Origin: Okamejei kenojei
Taxonomy: Eukaryota
Direction of reading: 5' to 3'
NCBI GenBank assembly: GCA_035221665.1
Contig: CM069131.1
Span: 5,580,001-5,644,000, forward strand
DNA: 64,000 nucleotides
Part shown: one piece after another, positions 1 to 13,219 of the stretch
Numbering within the stretch: the first letter of the stretch is position 1
Layout of the letters: the number at the start of each line of letters is the position of its first letter
Notes under the pieces: model-generated
Told to the model about the DNA's origin: nothing
Databases searched by the model: none
Seen by the model: the letters and a program-made list of their open reading frames with translations, nothing else
Position numbers and translations under genes: made by a program

Positions 1-23
1 TTATTATTTACATTTATTTCTTT

Positions 24-184
24 NNNNNNNNNNNNNNNNNNNNNNNNNNNNNNNNNNNNNNNNNNNNNNNNNNNNNNNNNNNNNNNNNNNNNNNNNNNNN
101 NNNNNNNNNNNNNNNNNNNNNNNNNNNNNNNNNNNNNNNNNNNNNNNNNNNNNNNNNNNNNNNNNNNNNNNNNNNNNNNNNNNN
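24..184. other. Assembly gap (N run)
   Basis: 161 consecutive N. Confidence 0.99.
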
Positions 185-228
185 ACATAAATTAAAAAAT
201 CAAAAGCCAATTTCAACATAATACACAT

Positions 229-2080
229 TAGACTCGTTCGAAAAGGGATAGGAAGAAGCCTATGCTTGTCAAGTCCTACCCCTATTCTTCACCATTAACA
301 AATGCAAAATTCAATAAAATAAACAGACAATTCAAATAAAACTACTCCAATCAAACTATTAATTAAAAAAAAGAAAAGAACAATAGACCAAGCACCATTA
401 ACATCTGTGAGATTTACATTCTCCTTCCTCATTAGTATTTTTCAAGGATATACCTTTTGTACATTTTTTTAAATTGCATTATATTCTTACTTTGTTTAAT
501 CGTTTCGTCAAGACTATTCCACAAAACCACCCCACAAATGGAAATACACATACTTTTTAAATGGGTCCGAGCATAATGCTGTTTCAAGTTTAGTTTCCCT
601 CTAAAGTTATAACCACGCTCTCTGTCTTTGAACAGTTTTTGTATGTTTACAGGTAGCAGTTTATTTTTTGCTTTATAAATTATTTGTGCAGTCTTAAATT
701 CTACCAGATCCTTAATCTTTAAGGTGTGTAATTTTAAATACAGTATATTGGTGTGGTCATGATATCATACATTGTTTACTATACGAATAGCTCTTTTTTG
801 TAGTGTGCTTAGTGATTGTAAGGTGGTTTTGTAGGTGTTGCCCCATACTTCCACACAGTAATCTAAATGCGGTAACACAAGTGAGCTGAACAGAATATAC
901 AGTGCTCTCTCATTCAAAACATGCCTTGCATTCCCCATCACTCTAATACTCTGTGCTACTTTTGCTCTCACGTTTTATATGGGGTTTCCAGCAGATTTTG
1001 TGATCAAGCATCACACCCAGAAATTTATTTTCATACACTCTTTCTATTTCAACATTATTTATCATTACTTTTACGTGTATTTATTTTGCGTTTTCCAAAC
1101 AGCATAAGTTTGGTTTTGTTTAAATGTAATGATAATTTATTCAAATCAAACCATGTTTTTTGTTTACTCATTTCTGCTGTGACCGCCTCCAAAAGCTGCT
1201 GCAAATTGTCCCCATCACAGAAAATATTAGTCATCTGCAAATAACACAAATTTCAAGAGGTTTGACACCCTACATATATCATTAATATACAAAATAAATA
1301 ATTTGGGGGCCAAAACCGACCCCTGTGGGACTCCACGTTATTTCTAAGCATGTTGATTTGCAGTCCCCTAGTTGCACAAACTGATGTCTTTTACTTATGT
1401 AGCTTCTCATCCACTCTAGTACAACCCCTCTGATTCCATACTTTTCCAATTTTTTGATTAGCAAATGATGATCAATTGTATCGAATGCTTTTTTCAAATC
1501 TATAAATACACCCACTGCATATTTCTTGTTATCTATAGAACTGGTAATGTCTTCAATTAACACCATTAATGCCATGGATGTCGATCTGTCGATCTGTTTG
1601 ACCTGAATCCATGTTGACTATCAACTAGCAATTCGTGCTTCTCGATAAAATTATCTAATCTACTTACATACAGTTTTTCTAATATTTTTGAGAACTGAGA
1701 GAGTACCGACACCGGCCTGTAATTTGTAAATTGATTTCTGTCTCCAGCTTTGTATAGTGGGATGACTTTGGCAATTTTCATTTTACATGGAAATACACCA
1801 GTTTTGAAAGATAAATTGCAAATATAAGTTAAGGGTTTTACAATGACACCAATGACTACCTTGATTAAAGCCATATCAATGTCATTCCAGTCTGTAGATC
1901 TTTTATTCTTACAATTACCAACAATGTCAATAATCTCCTTTTCATCAGCTGCTTTCAAAAACATTGAGTTTGGGTTGCTGTCTAACAAATCCACAACCTT
2001 CCCCTCTACTTCTTCTGACTGTGGATTATCGATTTCTTCTGCCAGTTTTGGTCCCACACTTACAAAAAAAATTTGTTAAA
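229..2080 (-). mobile_element. 5'-truncated, frameshifted non-LTR retrotransposon (Crack/L2-like clade)
   Basis: RT motifs AKVIPLYK, NYRPVS, GVFIDLKKAFDTIDH, LFADD, HLDYCVEVWG...QKRAIRI over several frames. An 8-nt duplication (TCGATCTG x2, 1581-1596) causes a frameshift. 3' UTR motif GGGGTAGGA...CTTCTTCCTA at about 250-290. Confidence 0.8.
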
Positions 2081-3975
2081 TCTAATGACTTCAAAAAATA
2101 ATGAATTCCAGCATCTAATTTGTAATGCCTGCAAAATTTTAAAAATAGGAAATGTACAGAGTATTACATTTATTAGACTAAACAACTAGATACCTGAACC
2201 AGGAACATTAACTAAAATGATTTAATTATGACTTTTTAAAATTCTCCGCCTCAGAGGGCGGTGGAGGCAGGTTCTCTGGATGCTTTCAAGAGCTAGGTAG
2301 GGCTCTTAAAAATAGCGGAGTCAGGGGATATGGGGAGAAGGCAGGAACGGGGTACTGATTGGGGATGATCAGCCATGATCACATTGAATGGCGGTGCTGG
2401 CTCGAAGGGCCGAATGGCCTACTGCACCTATTGTCTATTGTCTATATTGACATCAATAGTAATTGCGGCATCAACAGTTTTTTGTAACTCAATGGTTCCA
2501 AATGTATTTTATTTGCTACTTATGTGGAACTTTACCTACTTGTCTGACCTGTCTTGTCTGACCTGTGCAAAGATGGAAGGATCAATTATCACCAATCAGG
2601 AAACAAAAATTATAAATGAATATCTGGGCTACATCTTGCAGTGAGCATGAACAGAACCTCGGACTTCACTGGCTGTATCTTGCACGAAACGTTATTTCCT
2701 ATCGTGTATCTGTACACTGTGGATGACCCGATTGTAATCATGCATTGTCTTTACGCTGACTGGTTAGCACGCAACAAAAGCTTTTCACTGTACTTCGGTA
2801 CACGTGGCAATAAACTAAACAGAACTGACAACATGCAGCCATTTCACCTAACATTAGCTTCACGAATCTGGGACTTTGTGACAGATTTTGGTGAGGAGTT
2901 CCGAGGAGGGTGGTGAATCTGTGGAGTTTGTTGCCACAGAACGCTGAGGAGGTCAAGTCAATTGATATTTTTTTAAGGCAGAGATAGGTAGATTCTTGAT
3001 TAGTACGGGTGTCAGAGGTTATGGGGAGAAGGCAGGAGAATGGGGTTAGGAGGGAGAGATAGATCAGCCATGATTGGATGGTGGAGTAGACTTGATGGCC
3101 CAATTCTACTCCTATCACTTATGACCTCATGACCAATTACAAGGCTGCTAATTAGACTCTGCCTAGCAACAAGGTCCATTCGTGTTGGTGTTTAAAGTAT
3201 TACACTGAGCGTGGTGTAATACTTTAACTACACTTTAATTTAACCGTCTATTCTCTCTTCGAGCCTGCAGAAATCAGTCCTGGCGCAATCTTTGAGATGC
3301 CATTGATTTCAGCAAGCATTCTAAGCAAGCACTTTTGCAGGCAAAGTGTAAAGCACCAATTATTTGCAGGCAAAGTGTAAAGCAATAATTCTTTTAAAGC
3401 AATCATTCTTTCAAAGAGTTTTACTTTCAATTGACTGTTTTAAAAACTACTCCAATGTATTGATAGGACAGTTTGTCAGCCAAGTTTGTTTTGGGGTGTG
3501 GGGGATTACAGGAGACAATCCTGTGCACTGGGCCCACACCCGCACTAATCCGGCAATTACATTCTCACATCAAGGCCACTGTTTCCTTTGCCCGGAACTG
3601 GAAATCATATTGGATGGCTGTTATGACTCTTTTATCAGATACGAGAGACAATTAAAAAACCCAATACAATTCCTTGGCTCACCAAGGGGGGGTAGAACAA
3701 TGGACAATGGGGGGGGGGGAGGAGAACAAAGGGGAAACTGGCACTTGGGGGGGGGGGGGGGGGGGGGATTTGTAACTTTGCAAGCGTCTCCTATGGGTGA
3801 CTATTTGCATACTGTGGCAAGTACACTGTTACTTGTCATATGTGACAGTTCAGAATTCAATTCAGAAACAACTACCAACACCATCAGGTCTCAAAGTCTG
3901 AGATGGTTCTAAAGGTTTTTGTTAACTACACTGATCATTTTTAAAACAATGTTTTTGTAAAACAATTTCACTAAC

Positions 3976-4113
3976 CTCGTCAGACAGATTGTCTATTCTG
4001 TATAAGTGTGGATGAATCATGAGCATCAGGTGAACTAATGGCTGAGTCTTCATCTTGCACATGGCAAACACCCTTTCATCCAGCCCAATGCACGAGCCAT
4101 TTTTAAATGCTTG
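3976..4113 (-). CDS. SEC24B: SEC24B exon (138 nt): QAFKNGSCIGLDERVFAMC...IHPHLYRIDNLSDE
   Basis: ttgcAG / GTtagt. Confidence 0.95.
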
Positions 4114-7100
4114 CTGCAAAATCAAAGATTATAAAAAATATGTAAGTTGCGAGCTGCAAATTAATCATTTTCACAATATTTGACAATAAAATCCATAAAA
4201 ATGTATATCTAGTTCACAGTGTGGCGCCATCTGGTGGTCGGGCCACTGGTTAATCGAACCCTCGTTCATCATGTGATATGAGGCACGTGACTGAGGGGCG
4301 GGGGTTAGAAAGGAAGTTGAGGGTGCGCCCTGCTGCAGGGACACACAGTTACTCTGGGCTCATTAACAGTGCTCATGTTTGGGAATTCTTTTTTGTTTAA
4401 TAAAGCTTGTCCTTGAGTTCACAAAGTCTGACTCCTTTATCGCTCTTTATTGGTGACCCCGATGTGATTTGAACATGCAGCCTTCGTGTTGATGGTTAAA
4501 TTGGTTCACTGAGGCTTTGCCATAGCACGTGATTGGAGGGTCCAGAGTTTAGTTTAGTTTAGAGATACAGAGCAGAAACAGGCCCTTCGGCCCATCGGGT
4601 CCACACTGACCAGCGATCCCCGCGTATTAACACCACCCTACACACACTAGGGAGAATTTTTACATTTATACCAAGCCAATTAACCAGCAAACCTGGATGT
4701 CTTTGGAGTGTGGGAGGAAACCAAAGACCTCAGGCAAAACCCACACAGGTCACGGGAAGAACTTACAAACTCCGTACAGACAGGATTGAACCCGGGTCTC
4801 TGGCTCTGTAAGGCAGTAGCTCTACCGCTATGCCACCGTGCCGTACTATTGTTGCTTTTAGAGACTTCCCATTACTTTCAACTAATCTTCAGGTTCCTCC
4901 ACCTTACCCTCAACCCATAGATCTCAGCTCTTCTCAATTCTCAATGTCTATCAACGATCACCAGTCTCTCTCGTCGCTCTTGCTCACCTGAAGCCGATTC
5001 TAACTGTCTTCTATCTCTCTCCCTCATCTCTTCCCTTCGAGGCCATGCTTCAGGAACACACTGAAGCCGTGTGCAAGTTGAGTTATGAGGCGTGAGGTAT
5101 AGGCACCTCACCAACTACCTGCCCACTCTGTCAGGCATCCAACCCTGGAGCTTGCATTTCCCACATTACTCTCATTGGACTATTCAGAACCTGAAAAGCC
5201 TGAATGGAAGCAGGTTTTTCTTTGATCCTGGCGATCTGCCGAAGAAGAGTTGCTCGGCCTAAGTTTTTAACAAATAACTAATTTAGAGAGGTTTCTTCAC
5301 TATGTTACAGGAGTAAATTGTAATCCAGGCTTACAAATGCTCTTCATTTACAGCTGATTGCCCAGAGATGTATCGTATTTCCCGGTGATGAAGGTGCACC
5401 TGCATCGAAGACGCACCGCCATTTTAAGTTGCTAAATTTTGAGAAAAAAAAGGACCAGTTGACCCATAGTGAATGCGAACAAGACGCAGGTAAATTTCCG
5501 AGTCTTATTTTACGGTAAAAAGTAGTGTCTTCGACACCGGGAAATACGGTAAAAGAGATATGCAGCCAAGATGAACAACCATTCCCCGACCTCATCAAAC
5601 AGAAATGTAATGAATTAACATAACACGATTTCTGACAGATCAATGTTTTTCATTTTTAAATTGTCATATTTAAAAAATTAAATTCTCTTGGCCCTGACCC
5701 TTTCAAAGATATTCCCATGTTTCCTCCACCCTGTTCCCTTTCTCAGCAACATCGCATCTGTTCATGTTGTCACTTTATAGAGTCATGGAAACATGCCCTT
5801 CGGCCCAACTTGTCCTTGCTGACCAAGATGCCCATCTAAGCTGGTCCCATTTGGCTCATATCTCTCGAAACTATTCTTGCCCATGAATCTATCCGAATGT
5901 CTTATAGAACATCCGCACATGTTGTAGAGAATGCAGTTGTGATGAAAGTTCATTGAACTAAACTCAAACATAGGTCTTTTTCTCTTTTAGTTTAGTTTAG
6001 AGATACAGCGCGGAAATAGGCTGGCGAAATCCGGAGCTCTGCTCAGAAGGGGCATTTGTACGACGCTATTATGTGCTGCGCAGGTTTGGAGTCGTCGGAT
6101 CAAGCACTGAGCCTGCTGCGGGGGAAATGAGTGTGCCTGCTGGTGCTAGGGGCTCTCACTAGTCTTGCTAAATGACCATTCAGTAGACAATAGGTGCAGG
6201 AGTAGGCCATTTGGCCCTTCGCGCCAGCACCGCCATTCAATGTGATCATGGCTGATCATCCCCAATCAGGACCCCGTTCCTGCCTTCTCCCCATATCCCC
6301 ACACTCCGTGATTTTTAAGAGCCCTCTCTAGCTCTCTCTTGAAAGCATCCAGAGAACCGGCCTCCACCGCCCTCTGACGCAGAGAATTCCACAGACTCAC
6401 CACTCTCTGTGAGAAAATGTGTTTCCTCGTCTCCGTTCTAAATGGCTTACTCCTTATTCTTAAACTGTGGCCCCTGGTTCTGGACTCCCCAACATCGGAA
6501 ACATGTTTCCTGCCTCTAGTGTGTCCAAGCCCTTAACAATCTTATATGTTTCAATGAGATCCCCTCTCATCCTTCTAAACTCCAGAGTGTACAAGCCCAG
6601 CTGCTCCATTCTCTCAGCATATGACAGTCCCGCCATCCCAGGAATTAACCTTGTAAACCTACGCTGCACTCCCTCAATAGCAAGAATGTCCATCCTCAAA
6701 TTAGGGGACCAAAACTGCAAACAATACTCCAGGTGTGGTCTCACTAGGGCTCTGTACAACTGCAGAAGGACCTCTTTGCTCCTATATTCGATTCCCCTTG
6801 TTATAAAGGCCAACATGCCATTCGCTTTCTTCACTGCTATACCTGCATGCTTACTTTCATAGACTGATGTACAAGGACCCCCAGATCCCGTTGTATTTCC
6901 CCTTTTCCCAACTTGACGCCATTTAGATAGTAATCTGCCTTCCTGTTTTGCTACCAAAGTGGATAACCTCACATTTATCCGCATTAAACTTCATCTACCA
7001 TGCATCTGCCCATTTCCCCAACCTGTCCAAGTCACCCTGCATTCTCATAGCATCCTCCTCACAGTTCACACTGCCACCCAGCTTTATGTCATCTGCAAAT

Positions 7101-10100
7101 TCGCTAATGTTACTTTGAATCCCTTCATCCAATTCGAGTTCTATGTTACAACTGTCGTGGCCTGCGTTTGGGCCAGAGCGCAGAGGATAAAGCTCGCCGC
7201 TCAGTTGGTGATGTGATATAGTAAGATTTTACATGTATTTTATGGTGCTATATTTTTATATGCAATGTATTTTTAATGTAACGCTGTCCCTTGTCTGGAC
7301 CTTGAGTCCGAAATGAAGTTTATTATTATTATTATTTTTCTTTCTCCAAAAGCATCATCTGTCCTAGGTTTCTCCTGCAGTCTCTATTTCAGTTTTCCCA
7401 ATATATGTAGCATTTTCCTTCAGGTTGCAATTCAAGCGTATTCTGAAGAAATAATTGTATAAATATGGCATTAATTACTTATTACATAAAATATGGCATT
7501 GTGAAAGGCAACGGTCTGATGTACCTGTTTCAAAAGAGCCAGAATGTACAGGGCAAACAGTCTGAGGGAGTTTGGAACCACCAGAACAGACTGCTGGAGA
7601 TTAGAAACCGTAGAATGATATGCAGAGAAGGAATCTACCACAGCATTCACCAAGGCATCTCTGGCATCAGACAGACTTGAGGAAACAGATCGATCAACAG
7701 CTAAGGATTCAAAAACAATTATAATTTAAGGCACAGATATATTAAAGCTACATGTTTGTCAATAGCCTCTACTCTTTTAACGATTAAAGAATGAACTACA
7801 AGGATGTCACTGAGTATAGAACACCTCACAAACTGCCAAATAAATAATATTTGATATTGCCAAAGTTTCTTTCCAAGTTACCTTTTGAAAAATAAATTGA
7901 AAAAGTAAGTCACTTTGTGACACTCTTTGTCAGATCTGGCCACTCATCAATTCGGCTCAGTTTTTCTGCTTAAAAAAAAAAAAAGTCTGCCTTACCAGGC
8001 CTGCCTCACAGCATAGATAGACTCCCCCTTCCATTTCCACACTGACCTTTCTGGGGCAGCATACACCCCAGCGGTATGAATAATGACTTCTCTAACCAAG
8101 TAATCTTTGCTTTTCCTCTCGCTCCATCCCTCCCCATTCCCTGTTCCCCAACCAGTCTGACTTTCCCCTGATTACAAAGATCCTTTTCCTTGATCTGCAT
8201 CCCATTTGATGGCTGAAGAAGGGTCTCGACCTGAAACGTCACCCATTCCTTCTCTCCAGAGATGCTGCCTGTCCCGCTGAGTTACTCCAGCATTTTGTGT
8301 ATACCTTCTCTTTTGATGACTTGTTTTCACACCTTACACCTCCTTATCTCAGCGTCTCCCTCTCCCGACTCTCAGACTGAAGAAGGGTCTCGACACAAAA
8401 TGTCACCTAGTCCTTCTCTACAGAGATGCTGTCTGTCCCGCTGAGTTACTGCAGCATTTTGTGTCTATCTTCAGTGTAAACCAGCATCTGCAGTTCCTTC
8501 CTACACATGCCTCACAGCCTAACTAACGGCAACATATTATACAGAAAAAAAGCTTGATCTGATTGTACTTGTTACTTAATTGGCACAATAAATCATGAGA
8601 GATATTCCCTTTGTTCTACCCAGCTCTCTTGCCACCTCTGCTTGCTCAGTTCTGATGATGGGTACTTGATCTGAAACATTAATTGTTTCCAGCTCGACAG
8701 GTGCTGCGCCACCTGACAAATGTTTTCAGGATGTTCTGATTTCAAACACTTGAGCTATTGAATTCTGGTCTATTCTAAAGATGTTATTCAACCCTTGCCC
8801 TGTGTCTGCACAACATATTGGAGTAATTTTACATGAAAGAACGGCAAGATATTTCTTAAACGCATGTGGTTTTATTCTTTGAAAGAAGTCCTTCCTTTCA
8901 CTCACGTCAATGCAAAGCATATTTTGCACTGATGCTTAACAAACCTAATATTGCTAACTATGGCTACATTATTAAAAAAAACTTCAATAGCTAGTAACTT
9001 GCCCCAAAGCACTGCATTGACATTTTGCACAGGACCTAGATTTCGTGGCAGCAATATCTTGCCTGTATTTACTCCGTCATATTGTACAACTGTATTAGAA
9101 TATTCACCTACCCATCGTGGCTAGAAGGCAAGTAATAGCCTGTACATCTGCTCCTGTGTAAACATCAGCCACAGAACTCACAACAGGTAAACACAAAGTA
9201 TGAACTCGAATCCGACGCTCACCTGAAAATATCAAAAGTTAAAGTTATCCCTAATTTTAAGAATGAAACATTACACATAGTTTAGGACATGAAGTTTGGA
9301 ATTCTAACCATCATACGAACATACATATATACATACATATACACACATACATATGTCCGAGGAAGGCAAAAAGCAGCGGCGGAACAGCTGATCTTTGGCT
9401 TGAACCAGCGTGACAGAGCCGGCGCGTCAATGGCCTGCAGGCGCATTGAGCGCGTACGCAGCGTCTCAACGGTGTATGCAGCGTCTTCACGACGTACGCC
9501 TGGCCCGCAGGCTCACTCGGCATCACGCCCGCCCGCCCGCCCCACCCTTCCCCCCCTCCCCCCTCTCCCCCCTCAGCTGGCAGTTATCAACCACTGTGGG
9601 CATCGTGAGGCCGAGTTACGTCAACACCCCCACCCACCCCCCCCCCCCCCGATGCGCGCTGGCATTTGGCATCCTGACTCCTCCCTGTTCTGTGTTCCTC
9701 TCTAAGAACGAGCAAGTCGTGCAGATCCGGAGGACAGGCTAGATCCTGGGGAGGTGAAGAGGGGGAGTGGGGGGATTCAGGGAGAGGAGGAAGTAGGGGG
9801 GAATGGGGGAGGTGAGGAGAGTGAGCGTGGGAATAGAGGGAGAGGAGTGGAGGTGATACGGAGTGGGGAATAGATGGACTGCCCCCACCCTCTCCCTCCC
9901 CCTCACCCCCTCCCTCCCCACTCTTCCCCCTCTCTCCCCCTACCCCTCTCACCCTCCCTCCCCCACTCTTCCCCCTCTCTCCCCTACCCCATCTCCTCCT
10001 CCCTCCCCCACTCTTCCCCCTCTCTCCCGCTCCCCCCACACTCTCTCCCGCTCCCTCCACACTCTTCCCCCTCTCTCCCCTACCCCATCTCCCTCCTGCC

Positions 10101-13100
10101 CACCCTCCTCCCCTCCCACTACCCCTCTACCCCATCCCCTCCCCTCCCTCCCCCACCTCCCCCTCCCTTCCTCCCCCTCTCCCCCCTTCCCTTCCCCCCT
10201 CAGCCCCCTATCTCCCCCTCTCCTCTCTCTCTCCTCCCCATCTCTCTCACCCCTCCTCCCCCCACCCCCCCTCACCCACCCTCCCTCTCTCCTCCCCCCT
10301 CTCCCCTCTTACCCTTCTGTCTCTGCCCCTTTCTCTTTGTCTCTCCCCATTCTCTCTCTAGACATGCCTGCGAGTTGGGGGCTATGCGTCAGTGGACAGG
10401 ACGGTTACGGGGTAAAAGGAGCAAATTAATAACATTAATATAATATCAAGGGGGGTTGTTAGCGTGTGTGCGGGGGGGGGGGGTAGTTGGCGTGTGTGAC
10501 ACCGCATCCCCCCAGCCCCACCACCTCCCCCGCAACCACATGTTAGAGGAACAGACCCAACGGGTCTGCACTTGGTCTAGTATATTACTAAAACTCTCCT
10601 CTTGTTTGTTAGTGAGTCTGTCTGCGTGTGATTCATGCCCTGAATTACGCTAAAAGGGTACACGATAGTGCGACAATTTTTGGGACACCTTACTCGCCAT
10701 TGTCCAGTGGTGTATCAAAGTTTCGTTCAGATTGATGTTATATTTTACAAGTTATTCACATTTTTAACTTCACAAAATCGCACTTTGAGAAAAATTATTC
10801 CATCTGCACTGGCAGTTACAGCTATGACGTCACAACGGGATTATAGCCCTGCTCACAACACTGAGTCCAGGAAGCCCTAGCAAGTGCAATTGCATTTTTT
10901 TTAAAGTTTAAAATGAGGGAGCGTGAAGAAGGGGAAATGTGCCACCCCTGCACAGTTGGGGGCTATGGGTGAGTGGTGGAATATTGCGTTGGGGAATGGA
11001 TTACTTTGGGGGACCAGGCCTCCCCATGGGGGATATGGGTGACTGGTGGAATATTGCGTTGGGGGAACGGGTTGCGTTGGAGGGACCAGACCTCCCGTGT
11101 GACAGGGACCCAATGGGTTCCACTTGGTTTAGTATAATATAAAATTATACGTTAAGAACTAGAAATATGATTAGGTTGTATGGCTCCTTCTCAGCTGGAA
11201 TAAGCATCACTCAATGGTACGCAAAAAAGAAAACAATTAAACAAAAACTTGCAAAAACATTGCACTTTCCATGTCATCCCAAAATGCTTTCAACCTATGA
11301 AGTAAATTCTTTTTGTAGCAGTCATGGTTATCAACATGCAAACTGCGAGTTTCCACTAACAGCAATGTGATAACAACCAGTTCATCTTGTTTCAGTCACA
11401 GCAATAAATATTAAAGACACAAGGAGCTGCGGATGCAGTTACCTTGTGTAGTACACAAAATGCTAGAATAAAAAGGGTTAGGCAGCTTCTCTGGTGGACA
11501 TAGACAGGCGACGTTTCAGGTCGGGACTCTTCTTCACTCAGACTGATTCTAACCAGACTGAGTCCGAAGAAGGGGCTAAATATTACCCGGGTTATTGTGA
11601 GACAGCATTTATTCCAATCATGTGAGAGATTGCAGGAAAAATGTTCCGAATGCAGGAAAAATGTTACCAATTGCAGGAAAAATGTTCCCAAAGTTGGGCG
11701 AGTCCAGAACCAGGGGCCACAGTCTTGGAATAAAGGGGTGGCCATTTAAGACTGAGGTGAGAAAAAACATTTTCACCCAGAGAGTTGTGAATTTGTGGAA
11801 TTCCCTGCCACAGAGGAGGCCAAATCACTGGATGGATTTAAGAGAGTTGGATAGAGCTCTAGGGGCTGGTGGAACCAAGGGATATGGGGAAAAGGCAGGC
11901 ACGGGTTATTGATTGGGGACGATCAGCCATGATCACACTGAATGGCGGTGCTGGCTCGAAGGGCTGAATGACCTCCTCCTGCACCTATTTTCTATGTTTC
12001 TATATTTACCATGCGTGTAACATCTCAGCTGAATTATAGCAATTCCGTTGGAATGGAGCAGTCTCTCATGCACTGCACTGATGTGTCAACCTAATGTTTT
12101 TGTGCTGAAATCTCCATTGTTGGACCTAAACCCACAATCTACCAACCAAGATTATCTGCCAACAGCAAAAGGTTTCTCTTTAAACTGGCATTACAAGAAT
12201 ATGCCAAATTAAAGCCTGTAAACAGAACAAAAATACTTGTATTCTTCAAACTATCTCTTGGAACATAGAACGGTACAGCAAAGGAACGGGCCCTCCAGCC
12301 AATAATGTTTGTGCCAAATATGATGCCTAACTGCTGATGTCATCTGCCTGCACGTGATCCTTATCCCTATATTCCCTGCATTTCCATATGCCTCTTAAGA
12401 CGCCACAATCGTATCTGCCTCCACCACCACCTCTGGCAGTGCGTTCCTGAAACCCACCATCCACTGCGTAAAAAAACTCGCCCCCCATATCTCCATTAAA
12501 CATTTCCCCCCGCATCTTATAGCTGTAGCCTCTAATGTTGGACATCTCCACCCTGGGAAAAAAGGTTCTGACTGTTTACCCAATCTATCCCTCTCAATTT
12601 TATATACTTCTCTCAAGTCTCCCCTCAACCTCCATGTCTATTCAACTTCTCCCTGTAGCTGAAACCCTCCAATCCAGGCAGTAATCTGGTAAACTTCCTT
12701 TGCACCCTCTCCAAAGCCTCCACATCTTTCCTACGATAAGGTGACCAGACCTGTATTGAATACTCCGAATACAGCCTAACCAAAGTCCTATAGAACTGCA
12801 TCATGACTTCAGGACTCTTGTACTCAATGCCCCTTAGCAAGGAAGGCAAGCATACCGCCTGCCTTCTTTGTCACACTACCTACTTGTGCTGCCACCTTTC
12901 AGGGGCTGTGAACTTTAACTCCAAGATCCCTCGGCACATCAATGCTGTTGGGGGTCTTGCCATTAACTATGCACTTTCTCCTTACTACTAAACTACCAAA
13001 GTGCAACACGTTGCACTTGCTCGAGTTAAACTCCATCTGCCATTTCTCCGCTCATTTCTGCAGCTGATCGATATCCTGCTGCATCTTCTGACTGCCTTCC

Positions 13101-13175
13101 TCACTGTCTGCGACTCCTTCAATTTTGATGTTGTCAGCAAAACTGCTCACCGACCCATCTACATTTACATCCAGG

Positions 13176-13219
<44 letters not shown>

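Noticed and set aside
3364-3912. 182-aa plus-strand ORF
   Set aside because: No recognisable domain; runs through poly-G tracts and a repeat tail.
9587-10443. Long Pro-rich and Gly-rich ORFs
   Set aside because: Translations of a low-complexity C/T tract in several frames; not genes.
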